Shown piece after piece: positions 1-1,043 of a stretch of DNA of 1,043 nucleotides. The DNA comes from Naegleria gruberi. Taxonomy: Eukaryota. How positions within the stretch are numbered: the stretch's first letter is position 1; each line of letters begins with the position of its first letter. Both the position numbers and the translations under genes were made by a program. The notes beneath the pieces were generated by a model, which had not been told where the DNA came from, made no database searches, and saw nothing but the letters and a program-made list of their open reading frames with translations. The stretch lies in NCBI GenBank assembly GCA_000004985.1, contig GG739599.1; one strand, written 5' to 3'.

Positions 1-25
1 CCATTTAGTTTGAACTAACAGTTAT

Positions 26-703
26 TTGACAGTTCTAAACAAGCATTTCAAGAATGAAATGAATGGAATGAAATTCGAAAGTGAGATGGTAAATATCACG
101 TTACCATTGAACATTTCAACTTTCTTGAAAACCAATTCAATCAAGTCACCAATCAAGTATAGATGGAATATTCAAAAAAATACAGATACCATTGCAATTT
201 TAAAGCAACCTGGAAAGATGATATCTATCAATTCAGTTGTAAATAGTTTACAACTTGATCCTTCACCTCAATCTTATTCGAAATACTTATTCGACATTGA
301 GATGAAACAATACGACAGTCAGGCAACTTATGTTTGTGCTAACATTGGATCAGCATCACTGGAAACTGATTGTGCCATTTCTATCAAGAATAATCAAATA
401 GCAACTTGTGAATGCTCTACATTAGGATATAATCTTGCAATTCTTGAATACAAATCAATTGAAACTGCATCAACCTCCTCTTCATCAAATTCAAATATAA
501 TTGTCAAAAAACCTGCAACTAGCAATCCATTAATGTGGTTATTAATGTTACTAGTCCTCATTCCACTAACTGCCCTACTAATTGCAGTAATTATTTGGTT
601 TGTAGTAAAGAAACTCGGTAAAGATAAGAACAATACAAGAAATTCACACTCATACATGCAAACACAAGAAAGCAGTTCTACGATTGAATTGAAGCATGTT
701 TAA
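26..703 (+). CDS. Hypothetical single-pass membrane glycoprotein-like protein. It has a 4-Cys motif, a Ser/Thr-rich stalk, a C-proximal TM helix and a short Lys-rich cytoplasmic tail. The start is unresolved: the frame is open from 14, the first in-frame ATG is at 59, and the TTG at 26 is only the ORF-finder start. This is possibly the terminal exon of a spliced gene.
   Basis: A 225-codon stop-free frame in AT-rich DNA is unlikely by chance, because stops are frequent in AT-rich sequence. The frame ends with TAA at 701-703. Hydrophobic segment LMWLLMLLVLIPLTALLIAVIIWFVV lies at nt 530-607 and is followed by KKLGKDK (positive-inside rule). The S/T-rich run ETASTSSSSNSN...PATSNP lies at nt 461-529. 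Cysteines sit at nt 335-337, 371-373, 407-409 and 413-415. N-I-T and N-I-S sequons lie at 92-100 and 110-118. There is no purine-rich RBS before any candidate start. An in-frame TGA lies at 11-13. Confidence 0.7.
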   Translation: MTVLNKHFKNEMNGMKFESEMVNITLPLNISTFLKTNSIKSPIKYRWNIQKNTDTIAILKQPGKMISINSVVNSLQLDPSPQSYSKYLFDIEMKQYDSQATYVCANIGSASLETDCAISIKNNQIATCECSTLGYNLAILEYKSIETASTSSSSNSNIIVKKPATSNPLMWLLMLLVLIPLTALLIAVIIWFVVKKLGKDKNNTRNSHSYMQTQESSSTIELKHV

Positions 704-711
704 TCTCTCTC
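704..711. repeat. (CT)4 dinucleotide microsatellite immediately after the stop codon.
   Basis: TCTCTCTC is read directly at 704-711. It is short and probably of no functional weight. Confidence 0.5.
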
Positions 712-715
712 TTTA

Positions 716-784
716 AATAAATACCTTTGTATATTCCAACCCAAATATGTGTTGCTGAATTAATAAATACATGTTTTTATTTGA
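716..784 (+). terminator. Putative 3'-end processing region for the upstream CDS. It holds two AATAAA hexamers (716-721, 762-767) and a U-rich block TGTTTTTATTTG (773-784) right after the second hexamer.
   Basis: The canonical AATAAA occurs twice, 13 and 59 nt after the stop codon. A T-rich downstream element follows the second hexamer, matching eukaryotic poly(A) signal grammar. A yeast-style TATATT/TGTATA-like efficiency element also lies at 728-735. AATAAA alone is not rare in AT-rich DNA, so this is only suggestive. Confidence 0.35.
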
Positions 785-830
785 TGAATAGACAGCTTCT
801 TCATGATCACATTTTGTGCAATTTACTGTA

Positions 831-900
831 AAAAGAAAAAGGGAAATTAACGTGTATCCAAAAAGATATAACATTCTAAACTTTCTAACAACATGTTCAT
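831..900 (+). promoter_or_regulatory. A-rich, TATA-containing putative promoter/5' leader for the ORF starting at 901 (AAAAAGAAAAAGGGAAATTAACGTGTATCCAAAAAGATATAACATTCTAAAC...).
   Basis: Poly-A/AG tract at 831-843. ATATAA at 866-871. Its position lies between the putative 3' processing signals of the upstream gene and the next ATG. It is purely compositional, with no experimentally defined motif I can match with certainty. Confidence 0.2.
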
Positions 901-1043
901 ATGTTGCACGGCCGTACGAAAGCTTCATCTGCTCAAATTCTTGAGAGTACATGTATTACTACGTTTTCTGTAAATCTTGACTGGTCTATCTTCTTATCTA
1001 TCAGAAACGAGCTTGTCGAAAGTTGGCGGAGAGATTTCTCTTA
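901..1043 (+). CDS. Possible 5' end of a second plus-strand gene (partial, continues beyond the window). The N-terminus reads MLHGRTKASSAQILESTCITTFSVNLDWSIFLSIRNELVESWRRDFS...
   Basis: The frame is open from 889 to the window edge, about 51 codons. By my rough estimate such a run has a chance probability of a few percent in AT-rich sequence. ATG at 901 sits inside CATATG. It is preceded by an A-rich stretch (831-872) containing the TATA-like GATATAA at 865-871. The other two plus frames and all three minus frames hit stops before the edge. The call is weak because the frame is short and truncated. Confidence 0.3.
   Translation, partial: MLHGRTKASSAQILESTCITTFSVNLDWSIFLSIRNELVESWRRDFS

Noticed and set aside
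1-58. Prokaryotic promoter/RBS reading of the upstream region, e.g. Bacteroidetes-type TAnnTTTG -7 element near TAGTTTG (6-12) or TTATTTG (22-28)
   Set aside because: Neither site matches the 8-nt consensus exactly. There is no Shine-Dalgarno before any start. A bacterial N-out single-pass protein with a 168-residue ectodomain and no signal peptide is implausible. The eukaryote-like 3' signals fit better.
394-657. 87-aa minus-strand ORF antisense to the main CDS
   Set aside because: It lies entirely inside the far longer, more coherent plus-strand ORF, and it is the antisense of the TM and S/T-rich region. Its translation shows no domain-like organisation, and antisense frames of AT-rich genes often stay open by chance. 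There is no independent start or stop context supporting it.
774-780. TTTTTAT matches the poxvirus early-transcription termination signal T5NT; TAAAT motifs nearby resemble poxvirus late promoter cores
   Set aside because: These 5-7 nt AT-only motifs are expected by chance in AT-rich DNA. Nothing else here is virus-specific, such as flanking early-promoter consensus or ITR-like repeats. I note it only as an untestable-from-here alternative for the source.
713-952. 79-aa minus-strand ORF spanning the intergenic region
   Set aside because: It runs across the plus-gene AATAAA hexamers, the A-rich promoter-like tract and the GC-rich palindrome island. Its peptide is partly a homopolymer translation (LFLFTV comes from the polypyrimidine tract). 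Its own AATAAA (776-781) would fall inside its coding sequence. It is more parsimonious as non-coding 3'UTR or promoter DNA.
948-1003. Possible intron inside the downstream ORF (GTACATGT donor-like at 948-955, TATCAG acceptor-like at 998-1003)
   Set aside because: The donor deviates from GTATGT/GTAAGT consensus. No convincing branch point lies between the two sites. The ORF stays open across the whole segment without needing a splice. Spurious GT...AG pairs are ubiquitous.
896-1043. Possible tRNA or other structured RNA in the GC-richer right end
   Set aside because: There is no T-loop GTTCRANYC-like box, no cloverleaf-compatible spacing, and no run of complementary arms that I can fold by eye. 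The palindromes are self-complementary hexamers, not stem-loop arms with a loop.

Overview
This is an AT-rich window. One long plus-strand ORF (26..703, 225 codons, stop TAA at 701-703) dominates it. The predicted product looks like a single-pass membrane glycoprotein. Its parts, in order, are an N-terminal region with two N-x-S/T sequons, a four-cysteine motif (C-x11-C-x11-C-x-C), a Ser/Thr-rich low-complexity stalk, a 26-residue hydrophobic helix, and a short Lys-rich C-terminal tail. No cleavable signal peptide is encoded after any of the candidate starts, and the frame is closed by a TGA at 11-13. Just upstream of the first ATG sit a CTAAC branch-point-like motif and a pyrimidine-rich YAG acceptor-like motif. 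Downstream of the stop are two AATAAA hexamers and a U-rich block. There is no Shine-Dalgarno sequence. I therefore read the window as eukaryotic, or eukaryotic-virus, in style. The ORF may be the terminal exon of a gene whose signal-peptide exon lies outside the window, but that is inference. After a gap of about 200 bp that reads as a 3'UTR followed by an A-rich promoter-like stretch, a second plus-strand reading frame opens at ATG 901 and runs stop-free to the window edge. Its first 25 bp sit in a conspicuous GC-rich island that carries a cluster of 6-bp palindromes (CATATG, CGGCCG, CGTACG, AAGCTT). The two minus-strand ORFs in the track look spurious. I see no rRNA, tRNA, CRISPR or transposon signatures. 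The analysis cannot name the organism or assign homology. Every functional label here is inference from sequence composition and motif grammar.
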